From Octopus vulgaris (Eukaryota), in the NCBI GenBank assembly GCA_951406725.2, contig OX597832.1, positions 38,812,001 to 38,876,000 on the forward strand: a stretch of DNA of 64,000 nt, given 5' to 3'. Position 1 is the stretch's first letter, and each line of letters starts with the position of its first letter. The notes under the pieces were generated by a model. It saw only the letters and a program-made list of their open reading frames with translations, was not told the DNA's origin and did not search any database. Shown here piece after piece: positions 25,902 to 39,659 of this stretch. Both the position numbers and the translations under genes were made by a program.

Positions 25902-26200
25902 TTGTGAGGGGCTGGAATTAACAAAATTAATGTTGGTACTCCCAGAAAATGAACTTTTATTTAGCAGACTGGTATTATGAGAAGATATAATTTGTGAAAG
26001 ATTCCTTGTGTTGGAGAAGACAACTATAACTATATGAGAATTAATAATTGAATAATATCTAGAATTATTTGGAAAGTTCTTACCAACCACTTCATGGAAC
26101 TGCAAAGGAAGATTAGATTTAATTTGTTTTCCATACGGAATAACAAACCAGACAGTTTTCCTAGTAACAGTCAAATTAGCAGAAACATACCTTTAGCTCA
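25380..26200 (-). mobile_element. Penelope-like element remnant (linker plus GIY-YIG endonuclease), split by (AAT)n and an insert
   Basis: RKTVWFVIPYGKQIKSNL...NFPNNSRYYSIINS...NLSQIISSHN (PLE linker) and NSIYQCKL...YFYIGASSQLSKRISNHYSSF (GIY-YIG). Confidence 0.85.
25687..25808 (-). mobile_element. Probable extremely 5'-truncated Dong/R4-like 3' end inside (TAA)n
   Basis: Flanked by (TTA)n on both sides. The minus-strand stem-loop TTGCCCTAGG...GACACTCGGCAA resembles the 3' stem-loop at 29050-29087. Confidence 0.45.
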
Positions 26201-26607
26201 TATAAGTGATTTTACCAGTCTTTATAGTTTGAATATTTAGTTCAACTTGCACTTTACTTCAATAGAGAAATCTACTTCCAAGCCTTTGAACATTTTTTCA
26301 ACCAATGTATCCCTCTTTATTTGTTCTCTACATATTATTTCTTTACCCTTCCTCTTCGTATCTGTCTTTGACGTCGAATCTACTAACGGTTTTTTAAAAA
26401 TACTTAATAGTGTTCTGTTTATCATTTATGCAGTCATCAAAATTGTTATAATGTCTTGTTGTTGAGATAGGTTCTCTTTCTTTCCTGATGATACGATTGC
26501 ATTTTACACCGTTTATTCCTTTGGAATATAACCAATGTTGTCTTCGAAACATATGTCGAAAGTAAAAAGAATTTGAATAGCATCTGCGTTCAACTCCATT
26601 TATTTAC

Positions 26608-26650
<43 letters not shown>

Positions 26651-26669
26651 TATAAATATTTAAGTGCGC

Positions 26670-26870
26670 ATGTCTCTGTGTGTGTGCCTTTGTCTCCCCA
26701 CGATCGCTTGACAACCGATATCGGTGTGTTTAAGTTATTGAAACTAAGCGGTTCTGCAAAAGTAGGCTTACAAAGAATAAGTCCTGGTATCGATTTCTTC
26801 ACCTAAAAGGTATTGCTCCAGCATGGCCGCAGTCAAATGACTGAAACGTGTAAAAGAGTAAAAGAGTATG
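26670..26870 (+). mobile_element. SINE family A, 3' half
   Basis: GCTTGACAACCGAT...GCTCCAGCATGGCCGCAGTCAAATGACTGAAAC. Confidence 0.8.
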
Positions 26871-27672
26871 CAGGTATTAATAATTTTACGCTCGGAAAGA
26901 GATAGAAGTTTCGGACATAGCTCTTCGTTAGAAGAAATAGTAGGGCAATAACAGTGATAGGGTACTGGAACCCTATGATACCGCATTATTGATGTTTACG
27001 ATGAGGATCAAGATGATAATTATAATAATCAACATTATCATAATTATCATAATCACCTCTATCATCATCATCATCACTTCCATCACAATCATAACGATAT
27101 TGGTCACTATTAAGTATTGTATAATGATAATGAGGAGGAAGAAGAAGAAGAGAAGGAGGAGGGGGAGGGGGAGGAGGGGGAAGAAGAAGAGGAGGAGGAT
27201 GGTGATAATCAGTGAAGACCATGGTGTCAGCCTCTATTTTCGTTACCATGTTTGTCATTCTCCCTTTGTCGTCGTCGTCGTCTCAGTAAACAATATTTTC
27301 ATCGACAACGTCAGCATCATTGTCCCCATCATCGTCCTTCTCTTCTTCGACCTCTTCATCATCGTCATCATTCTCATCACCCGCCATCATTATCGTCGTC
27401 ATCAGCATCATCATCATATTATCGTTAGCATCATATTATCATAGCGTCATGGCCGTCGTCATCATGATCGTTGCCGCCACCACCACTATCATCATCATCA
27501 TCATCATCGTCGTCACTCTCATCATCATCATCGTCGTCCTCGTTGTCGTCGTGGTTACTTAACTCCATCTTTTTCACGATGAACATTAAAAACCACAAAT
27601 ATGATAACCACTGCCATCTCCGTCACCGTTATCATCATCATCATAGTCACAACAATTGTCGTCACCACCACC

Positions 27673-27705
<33 letters not shown>

Positions 27706-28112
27706 TGCAGCAGATGAGCAGCGCATCGCCGGCAGCAGCAACATAGAACGACTGTCAATGAATGTGTTAGAAATATTGTTTTGCTTACGTCATTGAAAAC
27801 TCGAAAAGCGTTCCTCTCATTGAACGCAGCATCATTCTCTAGTAACCGTTGCCATGACTACGATTATATCTGACTGGATTCTACCAAATGTGAATTGCCC
27901 ATCGTCCACCATTTTCACATCACAGTTATCAAATATACACTTTGCTGTTGTTGTTGTTGTTCATGTCGTTATTGCCATTGGGATTGTTATAGTTGCTGCT
28001 GTTGCTGCCTCTGCTGCTGCCGCCATTGCTGCTGTTGCACTTACTGCTTTTTGGACTTGCTGTTGTTGATGTCACTGTCGTTGATGTAGTTGTTATTGTT
28101 GTAGTCGTTGTC

Positions 28113-28184
<72 letters not shown>

Positions 28185-28657
28185 GAGTGAGAGAGCAGTG
28201 CATGCCATCAAAGTGACACTGGGGTAAAATATACGAAGCCCAATATACCCATCATGACTACCCGTCTGATAAAGGTACACCAGGCACATGCATCACAACC
28301 ATATGTGCGCGACATGGTGATCTCATATCAAGATAAACAGCACATGACCTTGCAGGTGGGGCCCAGTTACAATTTTCTTCAGGTTGAGTAGCCCATCCCG
28401 CTCAAAAGGTCTCTGAATAATAAGGGTTGTTTAAGGATGTTGAAAGAACCACCCATGTTTCCAGAGGTGAATTATTCAAACCCCAAAGAATCCCCCCCAA
28501 CACATGGCCATGATGCTCCCCCACTACTTCTGCTCGTGATCAGAGATGCACATATCGTCAGCCACTAAGGGACATGCTCAACTGGTTAAGGTCAAACAAC
28601 TGACAAGCAAATCTGTGGTATTGAGCAGAATATTTGCTGTAACCCATCTTTTATACC

Positions 28658-28660
<3 letters not shown>
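28185..28660 (-). mobile_element. Unclassified 476-bp non-coding insert within (TAA)n
   Basis: Complex sequence with sharp borders between two pure (TTA)n tracts and no convincing ORF. Strand is assumed from the neighbouring LINE. Confidence 0.55.
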
Positions 28661-28732
<72 letters not shown>

Positions 28733-28746
28733 CATTATTATTATTA

Positions 28747-28857
<111 letters not shown>

Positions 28858-28858
28858 C

Positions 28859-29014
<156 letters not shown>

Positions 29015-30037
29015 CATTCCTGCGTAACACAGTGTAGGTAAAAACGTAGTCATCTGTCAAGTCATAACAAGGACCTCAGACAGATGATCCTTTCCTTAAG
29101 ATTTGCGTTGTGCCAAATAAGGCTGCTTTTTGCAAGACATCAATCTTGCACGGGATTTCCAGTTGCCTTAAGAAGTCTTGAAGTTTCAACGGGATTGAAC
29201 CCAACTCTCCGATCACCACTGGTATCACTTTTAACTTTACCCTCTCGCATTCCATCCAGTCTTGCCATTTCCACTTTCAATTCGGAGTACTTGGGGATTT
29301 TTTCAACCTCTTTACTCACAACATTCAGGTCATTTGGTATTGCTACATCAATAGTCTGACAGTATTCGTTCCTCTTATTCAATATGACAATATCCGGCCG
29401 ACGGTTTACGATTACATGATCCACGTGAAAATCATAGTTCCAGAGTATCGTTACTTTTTACCATCTTCCTGTATAACTTTACTTGCGCATGCTCATACCA
29501 GTTCTCTGTTACTTCATATTGGTATTTACGGCATAAGAGCCAATGAAGATACACACACACATTTTATCGTGGTTGCGTCTGTATTATTTTCATGCAAGGC
29601 TCTCACATCCACGTACCAAGTGGGTCACATTTTCCACACTGTTTCCACAGAGTCTGCATTTATGGGTGTCAGAAGTTTTATAGATATCATACTTCACAGA
29701 ATTGGTATCGAGAGCCTGGTCTTGTGCAGTAATAATCAGGCTTTTGGTAGTATGCTTCAAATCACCTCGCTCAAGCCATGTACACGATACTGTATTATCC
29801 TTAACGTCTTGTGTATTCCTTTCAAACTTTCCATGCATTTTCATTCCAAGAAGATTTTCTTTTCTCTTGTCCTCAGCTCTTTGGTTAAACTCTTCCTTGT
29901 CCATCATTTCATCTGCATTTACACCCATATATTTCGCGGCATATTGCTGTAGGTCTTCATCACTATTTATCAAATACTCGGCAAAGGTTCTCCTTTCACT
30001 CCTCATACAATGGGCTACACTAATTAGTCCTCTGCTA
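29015..30037 (-). mobile_element. Dong/R4-clade RLE LINE, 5'-truncated, in (TAA)n
   Basis: AQDQAL...CRLCGNSVENVTHLVRGC (CCHC knuckle) and RRPDIVILNK...IDVAIPNDLNVVSKEVEKIPKYSEL (PD-(D/E)xK RLE). 3' hairpin TCATCTGTC/GACAGATGA; (TAA)n on both sides. Confidence 0.9.
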
Positions 30038-30159
<122 letters not shown>

Positions 30160-30217
30160 TATTATTATTATTATTATTATTAGTATTAGTATTATTATCA
30201 TTATTATTATTATTATG

Positions 30218-30279
<62 letters not shown>

Positions 30280-30280
30280 G

Positions 30281-30321
<41 letters not shown>

Positions 30322-30435
30322 TATCATTACCGAAGTTGTTATTCACGCAGTAACTGTCGATGTAGTTATTGTCGTTGTTGATGTTGTTGCTTTTCTTTTT
30401 GTTGTCACCGTCGCCGTCGTCGTCATCGTCCTTAC

Positions 30436-30602
30436 CGTTGTTGTTGTTGCTGCTGTTGCTGCTGCTGTTGCTGCTGCTGTTGCTGCTGCTGTTGCTGCTG
30501 CTGTTGCTGCTGCTGTTGCTGCTGCTGTTGCTGCTGCTGTTGCTGCTGCTGTTGCTGCTGCTGTTGCTGCTGCTGTTGGGCTGTTGTTGTTGTTGTTGTT
30601 GT
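30436..30602. repeat. (GCTGCTGCTGTT)n 12-mer trinucleotide repeat
   Basis: Regular 3xGCT+GTT periodicity. Confidence 0.85.
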
Positions 30603-31001
30603 TTTTTGCTGCCAGCAGTATTCCTTATTCAGATGTTCCCCTTCTCTCTCTCTCTCCTTCCACTGCGCTGCATACTGAAGCCAAATATCCCTATCGCTAT
30701 TTCCGCCATTAAATTGATAACAAAAAAAAAGAACTACCTCATTTTTCTTCATATGTTTTTCTTTATGTTTTTTTTTTGTTTACGTGTTTCTATCCTCATT
30801 CAAGCTGTATTTATCTGTTTATTATTTATTTGCTTGCTTTTGGGGTTTTTTTTCTGTTTTATTTACGCGTTTATTTAAATTTCCTCATCTCTACATTTCC
30901 CTCCAGAAGTCAAAAGTCAGCGATTGATGCTTCTGTGTGGTTACTCCCGCGATAGAAATAGCAGTAGCCCATATCTGACCAAATAATTCTAGCTGTTTCA
31001 C

Positions 31002-31171
31002 GTTAAAACAGGCCAGATCCAGCTTTTCACACCTACCCTACAATACCATTCTAAAAGCAAACAGTTATACCATCAAGATCTCTAGGTTATGAGGAAATGC
31101 ATAATCAATTCAGAACGATCTGAATAACTAAACATTACATTTGACAGATAATCTGAACGTTAAAGGGTTAA
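31002..31171. mobile_element. piggyBac-type MITE fragment
   Basis: Ends in AAAGGGTTAA (rc TTAACCCTTT, a piggyBac-type terminus with TTAA). The other end is not clear. Confidence 0.45.
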
Positions 31172-31254
31172 ACCACATATTGTACTGTTAAATAAGACGA
31201 CAGGGTTTGATTTAACAACTGTGCCAACAGCAACACCAGCCATCACCTACCAGC

Positions 31255-31595
31255 AGCCCTTCAGTTTTTCTAAGCCCTGTAAAAAGAACTCGGAAAGCTG
31301 GCCTCCATCCATGCTGTTCGCAAACCCATAAAGCAAGGAACTTTTCAGCACTCCTTCGTGTATGTATATATACATACGAACGTGTGCTGGAAAGGCCTTA
31401 ACTATGGATAAAAGAATATAAAGGAGGATTAGCTAACTATGGTTTTATTCAACATATTCCCCTCTCAGATTCGCATACATATTGCAATTGTCCTTCAGTC
31501 TTTCTAAGCCCTGTAAAAATAAATCGGGAAGTTGGGCCTCCAGCCAGGCCTTTCGCGATACCCTTAAAAGCAAGAACTTTTCAGGGCTCCCTTGT
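31255..31595. mobile_element. Two adjacent copies (partial plus full) of a mariner-derived MITE
   Basis: Duplicated CTTCAGT-TTTCTAAGCCCTGTAAAA...GAACTTTTCAG. Degenerate TIRs TACGAACGTGTGCTGGAAAG and (rc) TACAAGGGAGCCCTGAAAAG. Confidence 0.6.
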
Positions 31596-31907
31596 AGATC
31601 TTTGATGGTCTCACATGGAGCCATTTTCTTTTTAGTATCATGGGATGTCCCTTGATCTTGAACTCAGAACTGTTTTACACAAGACCTTTCAAATTTAACA
31701 TGGTTGAATAAAATTAGTTCAGACTGTACAGATGAAACACGATAGGATCTTGCATATGTACCACAGTATAAAGGTTAACTTCAAACAACTGAGATTGTGA
31801 GTTCGAATACTGCTGAGCGCCATAGCCTTTTCATAATATGCTACAAAATAAGCTGCAGTAATTTACTATAGTGGCCATTAACATCGATCTCTCTTCTCTG
31901 TTATGCT

Positions 31908-31954
<47 letters not shown>

Positions 31955-32000
31955 CTGTGTGTGTAATTATGTGTGCGCGTGTGTTTATGTGTGTGTGTGT

Positions 32001-32099
<99 letters not shown>

Positions 32100-32971
32100 G
32101 AGTGTGATGTCTGAGAGGTTAAAGTAATTTTTCATTCCATAGCAATTGTCGTTCATTATAGTGAAAGACAAGCAACTGTTTCCAACGATTTTCTGTTTTT
32201 GCATCATTGTCATCATCACCATCGTTGTCGTTGTCGTCATCATCATCATGTTATTGTTAGTTTTCATCATCATTATTCTTATAGTCATTATTCTTATCAT
32301 CGTCATCATCATCATCATCATCATCATCATCACCACCATTATCATCATCGACGTTATGATTATCATCGCCATCATCGTATTACCACTTCCGCCGCCACCA
32401 CTATCACGAGCATATTTATAATGAGCTCTATCTTCATCGTTATCGTAATTATATCATCGTTAACATCATCTACCACGTCGTCATCTTCATCATCATCATC
32501 ATCATTGTTATCATCATCAATAACAACAACAACAACAACAGCAACAGCAACATTATCAAAACATCTCTGACTTCATCTCTAAATAAAATAAATATTATCA
32601 TCCACTTCTCATTATCAGCCTCAGCATAATGAACTTCTGTCAGATACTAAACATGTGACGTCAGAGAGAAGGAGAGGCAGGGAGGGAGAGAGAGAGAGAG
32701 CCGGGTGGGGTAGAAGATTGTAATAAAGATGTGCGGTGGTTGTTTTAATTATTTGTCTTTCTAGTGGTCATTAAAGTAACAAACATGATGAAGTTATGTC
32801 GAGAGAGTTGTTGTTGTTGCTCTTGAAGATTCCATCTGAAATATTATAGCAGCGATTTTGTTTGTTTGTTTTGGTGTAACTCGATAGAGTTGATCCAACC
32901 TCTTTATTGCATCAACAACACGGTGTTGCTGTATTGTATTGTTGCGTATTGTTGTGCATCACCGTATTACC

Positions 32972-33442
32972 TATTTCTTTACTACCCACAAGGGGCTAAA
33001 CACAGAGGGGACAAACAAGAACAGACAAACGGATTAAGTTGATTATATCGACCCCAGTGCGTAACTGATACTTATTTAATCGAGCTGGCAGAAACGTTAG
33101 CGTGCCGGGCGAAATGCTTGGCGGTATTTCGTCTGGCGCAACGTTGTGAGTTCAAATTCCGCTGAGGTCGACTTTGCCTTTCATCCTTTCGGGGTCGATA
33201 AATTAAGTACCAGTTCCGCACTGGGGTCGATGTAATCGACTTAATACCTATGTCTGACCTTGTTTGTCCCCTCTATGTTTAGCCCCTTGTGGGTAATAAA
33301 GAAATAGTTACTTATTTAATCGACCCCGAAAGGATGAAAGGCAAAGTCGACCTCGGCGGAATCTGAACTCAGAACGTAACGGCAGACGAAATACCACTGA
33401 GCATTTCGCCCGGCGTGCTAACGTTTCTGCCAGCTCGCCACC
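32972..33442 (-). mobile_element. SINE C (minus) containing a nested SINE C (plus, about 33082-33308)
   Basis: Inner TSD TACTTATTTAATCGA at 33069-33083 and 33309-33323; outer TSD GTATTACC. Confidence 0.9.
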
Positions 33443-33922
33443 CTGTATTACCATTGTGTTAATATGAGGGCGCATGGCCTAGTGGTTAAGCGTGTTGCAC
33501 TTAAGATCTCGCGATCCTGGACCGGGTGCTACATTGTGTTCTTTACTAAAACACTTTTAGTCACACGCTACTCGGCAATCACTTCGACCCCTGGCGTGTG
33601 GTAAACTTCTGTTCTGGCAACGGCGATTTGATGGAGAGAGGGAGCGAGCCAATATACATCACAAATATTCGATCTCTACAACCAAATAATCTGCGCAGGT
33701 TTTCCAGCAAAGACATTTCAGAACTGTCTTTCTAGAACTACGAGAGACTATCACCGTCACCATTGTGTGAATGTTGTGATACTGTTGCGTGCTGCTGCGG
33801 TAGTACTGCGGTACGACTGTATCACTACTGTATGCCACAGGAGTACCAGTATGTTTTACTATGTTGTTGTTTTGTATTAAAATCTTACTGATGTGTACCG
33901 CTCTGTATTGCTTTGTCACCTC

Positions 33923-35172
33923 TATTTGGCCGTTACGTATGAAATTTGTAGAAAAGAAAAACAAAAGTTTGCTAATGTTTTCTAAATACAAGGAGTGGTT
34001 TTATTCATCAAAGTATGCACCCATATTATCAACACACTTTTGCCATTTTAGCGGTAGCTTGTCCAGCCCGGAACTGTAAAAGCCTGGCAATCTACAGTCA
34101 ATAAAATCTTGGAAGGCCTGTTTTACAGCATCGTCGGAATTAAATTCTTTTCCTATCAAAAAGTTATCCAAATTCGGGAAGAAGTTGTAGTCAGTGGGGA
34201 CAAGATTAGGTGAGTATGGTGGATGATGGAGAACTTCCAACCCCAACTTTTGTAGTTTCGCCAATGTCATTTTTGCGAAGTGTGCTCTGGGTCTGGAGTT
34301 GTCTTGCAATAAAATAGGAGTGAATCTGTTGACTAATCTAGGCTGTTTTTGTACGTTTCTGCACCGTTTGGTCCAGTTGCCAGCAGTATACTTCGGCCAT
34401 GATTGATGAGCCAGGTTTAAGGAAATCATAATGGATCACACCTGTGACAGACCACCAAACACATACCATCAGCTTCTTTTGATGAATTTTGCTTTTTGGA
34501 CCGTGTTTTGGTGTCTTGTCTTTGTCTAACCATTGTGCTGAACATTTAAAGTTGTTGTATTGGATCCATTTCTCATCACATTCGATTTAAAAATGATTCA
34601 TTTTTGTGACGAGAAAGTAGCATAATGCAGGCTTCCAAACGTTGCTGTTTCTAATTTTCATTGACTTCATGTGCAACCCTCTTAACCAACAATTTCACTT
34701 TACTAATTTGAACAAAGTGAGTCAATATTGTTTGCTTGCTAATAACAAAAAACAACAATAATTCACGGGCACTTTGAGATGGATCTAACTCGACGGTGGC
34801 TTTCATTTTGTCATTATCCACCTTTGTTTCTGGTCAACCGCGTTGCTCATTTGTGAGGTCAAAGTTACCAGAACGAAATTTTGCAAACCAATTTGATACT
34901 GTTTGCTGTTTAATAGTGATGCTGTATTTCCAAGAACTCATATTTCAAAATTGTACGAATTTCCGAATTAGCCATCTCTAAACAAAAATAGCAAAAAATG
35001 AAACGATTTATAAATACTTTATAAAGCACTAAATGAGTTAGAATAAAGAAATAGATGTGTCAGCTTTCTAACAAAAAATAAAGATTGTCAAAATATAATA
35101 ATGGCGCAAAATGAACAGATGTCAAAGTTTACCATACACCTTACTACTAATTTCATACTTGACGACCTAATA
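33923..35172 (-). mobile_element. Near full-length mariner (Hsmar1/SETMAR-like DD34D family), inactivated
   Basis: TIRs TATTTGGCCGTTACGTATGAAATTTGTAG and (rc) TATTAGGTCGTCAAGTATGAAATTAGTAG with TA ends. Motifs CDEKWI, LLQDNSRP, HPPYSPNLVPTDY and WQKCVDNMGAYFDE; frameshifted. Confidence 0.92.
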
Positions 35173-36030
35173 TGTTACTTACCGCGATAGTGCTGTATGT
35201 TAAGCACCGATCTCTATCACTGTTTTCCACCTATCGCTATCTTGTGGCTGTATTACCGATACGTATTGCTTTGATATTGACACAAACATGTCACATGTCG
35301 TCAATATTTAATGCTGTAAATTGCTGTGTTATTAATGTTGTTACTGTTGTGAATGGCTGCATTACTGAGGCGAGCTTCTATGTTATTGATGTCTATTGCT
35401 AAGTTACTGTTGTTTGTATCCCGGCAACGAGTTTAAACTGTAACCTGTTGTGAACTCTGATTTTGAGGGTTGTTGTTGAACGACCTCTGAGCCATTATTT
35501 TTCCTAGCTCTACTCTGATCCGGAGTTGTAGCATCTAGCATCTATCAGGGTCCCATCTCTGTGTTAGTCAGCATATTAGGGCTTTCCTGTGAAGACTGGG
35601 TCCGGTGAACGCTGCAGAAGAAGCCTCAGCGGAGAGGAAGGTGGCTGTAGTAACGCACTGCTGTGTGCCGAGAGCAAGATGAGGCAAATAAGGTATCTTG
35701 GTCATTTATTGCTTCCGTTTCAATCACCAGTCATCTTTACCTGCTCTTATCATTGCACTGAAGATGGTGACGGTCTAGAGAGTGAGTTTGATGCTGCACA
35801 ACTGTTCTTCACTTCAAACAAAGGCATCGCATAAGTCACTAATGATGGTCTTCGTTGCACCAATGAACTGCTGTGTGCTACTGTGCTGTTGTTGTATATT
35901 GCTGTGATACTGCTGTAAATTGCTTTGTTCCTGATATCTGATGCTCCTACGTACAATCACATAATGCCGTCTACCAATGTTGTATTCCTGCCGTACAGAG
36001 ACTTCTCTAGTAATATGGTGTCTGAGAGAA

Positions 36031-36237
36031 GGCGGAAAGCTGGCAGAATCGTTGGACAAAATGCTTGGTGGTGTTTCATCCGTCCTCACGTTCTGAATTT
36101 AAAATTCCATTGAGGTCGATTTTGTCAGTTTTCGTTCCGGAGTCGATAAAATAAGTAGTAGTTGATCCCTGGGGGGTCGATTAAATCGACTTAGCCCCTC
36201 CTCTGAAATTACTGGCGTTGGAATAATTTTTGAAACC
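36031..36237 (+). mobile_element. SINE family C variant, 19-bp TSD
   Basis: AATATGGTGTCTGAGAGAA at 36012-36030 and 36238-36256. Confidence 0.85.
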
Positions 36238-36810
36238 AATATGGTGTCTGAGAGAAAATCTATAATTTCAAATATTAAAAAACAAACATTTAGCTTCACT
36301 GTGTAATTATACCCTACCATTAAACCATTCGGTCCTCTCGAGAAGAGGTCAATTAATTTCGCATGGTAATTACCTGCGTATTAGGACTGTCTACATCGTT
36401 TCTCCTGCAGCGAGAGCAGAGAACCTTTTTCTTTAACCACCTACTGTATTTACTCAGCAAACACAGATCGATATTATTAAATGCACATGTGTAAAATCAT
36501 TTATAATATACACATCTTTATACATACGTACACATCTTTGTTTTAGCTATACATCACTCTGAAATTAATATTTTTTTCTTTGTCACTTCTGTTCTAAAAT
36601 ATTTCAGAAACTGAAGTATTTTCCCCGATGAATGCAAGATATATAATAACGTTTATAATTGCTACATTTAATATCACATTTATGTATATTAATTCTGAAT
36701 TATGTTTCAACCTCCAATTGATAAATCGGATGTTCCTAACATTTCTTGTATTCAATAGTTTAGTTGACATCAATATCCTGATTGTGAGAGCATATATATA
36801 TATCTCTCTC

Positions 36811-36873
<63 letters not shown>

Positions 36874-37079
36874 TGCGTGTGTGTGTGTGTGTATGTGTGT
36901 GTGTGTGTGTGTATTCTTTTACTTATTTTAGTCATTTGACTTCGACCATGCTGTCGCACCGCTTTCAATCGAACAAATCTATCCCAGCACGTACATACAT
37001 ACATATATACATACACATACATACACATACGTACATGCATACATACATACATACATACATACATACATACATACATACA

Positions 37080-37111
<32 letters not shown>

Positions 37112-37112
37112 C

Positions 37113-37161
<49 letters not shown>

Positions 37162-37312
37162 AATATAAGGGTAGCAAAAAATTCTAAAAGAAATTCTCCG
37201 CTACCAGCGGTCTAGCGAGAAAGAAAATATAGTCAAAGACTATATAATATACATTCAACAATATAAGGAATGGCCATAATAGGACTTTCGACTCACTAGA
37301 AATTTGGTTGGT

Positions 37313-37353
<41 letters not shown>

Positions 37354-37379
37354 GCATACATGGGTACAAGACTCCACCA

Positions 37380-37675
37380 ACTGTGCAAATAACATGCACA
37401 CGAGAGATAGATACAAGACGTGGGTAGTAATAACAGGGCAAAATCGAGTGAAATAGTATGCAAAGTATGTAAGATAACTTTTACATAGTATGTAGGATTA
37501 ACCCTGGCATTAACTGTAGAACTAGAAATGTAGTTCTACAGTTTATGCCAGGGTTAATCCTACATACTATGTAAAAGTTATCTTACGTACTATGCATACT
37601 ATTTCACTCGATTTTGTCCTGTTATTACTACCCACGTCTTGTATCTATCTCTATTGTGCATGTTATTTGCACAGT
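37380..37675. repeat. 296-bp near-perfect palindrome (145-bp arms, 6-nt loop)
   Basis: ACTGTGCAAATAACATGCAC...GTAGAACTA-GAAATG-TAGTTCTAC...GTGCATGTTATTTGCACAGT, with few mismatches. Confidence 0.95.
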
Positions 37676-38241
37676 CTGATGAGGAATGTTGCTAGAATTC
37701 CAACAGGATTAAAATTAAGGCTGGTGAAAAGGATGGATGAACCCAGTGTAGGTTCAACGACTATCTAGCAATAGCATGCGCACTTAGAAATTCAGATTGG
37801 TGTCCGGTGTGCTGGAAGATCACTGGGCGTGAGACGTCCGTCAGCTTTTATTAGAATATGTCTTTGGGAGGAGGTTACTCTGACATAAAACCGGATACGC
37901 AGAAAATGGCATTAGACATTTTGGGTATCTTTTGATGGCGCTTGAGATCATGACACTCTCATATTTCTTAACCTGCGTCCCATATTAGCACGAGATATCT
38001 TGCCTTGGCTCGTGTTTGGATCATGTTAATAGCGAGTGTGTATGATGGGGTGCGTAAATCTTAATGGGCCTGAAATTTTACATAGGCATTGCTTTGTCAA
38101 TGATGGTTATACCCTGTCCACAAGTTGACAGTCATCATGTATGTTTCTGTCTCTCTTTATGTATGTATGTATGTATGTATGTATGTATGTATGTATGTAT
38201 GTATGTACGTATGTATGTATGTATGTATGTATGTATGTATG

Positions 38242-38272
<31 letters not shown>

Positions 38273-39555
38273 GTGTGTATGTATGTAAGTGTGTATGTAT
38301 GTATGTGTATGTATGTATGTATGTATGTATGTATGTATGTATGTATGTATGTATGTATGTTTGTATGTAAGTGTGTATGTGTTCTTGTTTTTTTTCTTTG
38401 AGTTTTAGTTAAGCACTTCTAGAGAGAGTTGAAACCGGTCGTTAACAAAGAGACAAGACTTTTTGAGTGAAGAGAAGTCTGTGGTGTTTGTAAATATGTG
38501 GTTGAATTTGTGTGTCGGTTGAATAGTAGCTACATACAATCAAGTTTGTGCATCTATTCACATAAGAAACTCACATGGAGAATTTTTGGAATGTCTTACA
38601 AATCTTTACTGTGCCTCAAATAGATTAGACTTGGAGAATCCGTGTCGGTTTCTTTTGCTCTTTTCCCGTGAAACTGAGTATTTCTAGGTTCATGTGCAAA
38701 TTTGCTGGTACATAATCCAATGCACCTATGAGAATTTATGGTCAAGATTCAAGAGTTGTAAGTTCTGTATTAATTTCCATAAATGTTCTCTATATCCTGG
38801 ACTTTTGATTGTACATTCACATCTGCTGTAAGTACGTAAATACATGCGTGTGTATGTGAGTGAGTGTATGTGTATGTATGTTCTTTCATGGGTGTGAATG
38901 TGTATACCGTCGATGCATACTGTCGAACGATTTAACAGTCAGCGACAAAACCCTAGAAACCCCCCGGTTTCGAATACATATTCTCTGTGTGGCATTATAT
39001 CTATCCTAATTGCATAGATAATCTCTTGTCACTCACGACGTCAGAAACGATCCTGTGATTGTCTGTTTGGAAACCTACCATCAAAGATGGTTATGTTCAT
39101 TAAATGTGAAATAAAAATTGTCAGAACTTTACTTTGACACTTAAGAGAAAAAGATGAGAAGTGGATATTTATTGCTCCATTAATCCCAAATGGATTGCAG
39201 GAGACACAAATACGAGTAATTTACAGGAAATGAAATATATATAATTTATTTGTTAATTAAGTATTTCTGTTATAAGTAATTAGAAGTAATTATAGAAATT
39301 GTGATATACCCATGCCTTATCTGACGTCAGAAACCAACCATGGATAATTAAATGATGGTGTAATTAATTGATTGATTATATTATTTAATTAACTTGACTA
39401 ATATTCATAGGAAATGAGCGAAAGTATGCGATGTCTTGGGAATGTAGATACTATATTATACACGACTGGTTTATGTGAGAAACCTGGCTTATATTAATAT
39501 GTGTCTGTGTGTTTGTGTGCGTGCGTGCGTGTGTTTTTATAGATATATACATGTA

Positions 39556-39587
<32 letters not shown>

Positions 39588-39600
39588 CATATATATATAC

Positions 39601-39659
<59 letters not shown>

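Noticed and set aside
30432-30752. PolyQ ORF
   Set aside because: A trinucleotide repeat with no flanking domain or splice evidence.
33923-35172. SETMAR-like domesticated gene
   Set aside because: TIRs are retained, the ORF is frameshifted and there is no SET domain, so this is a dead mariner.
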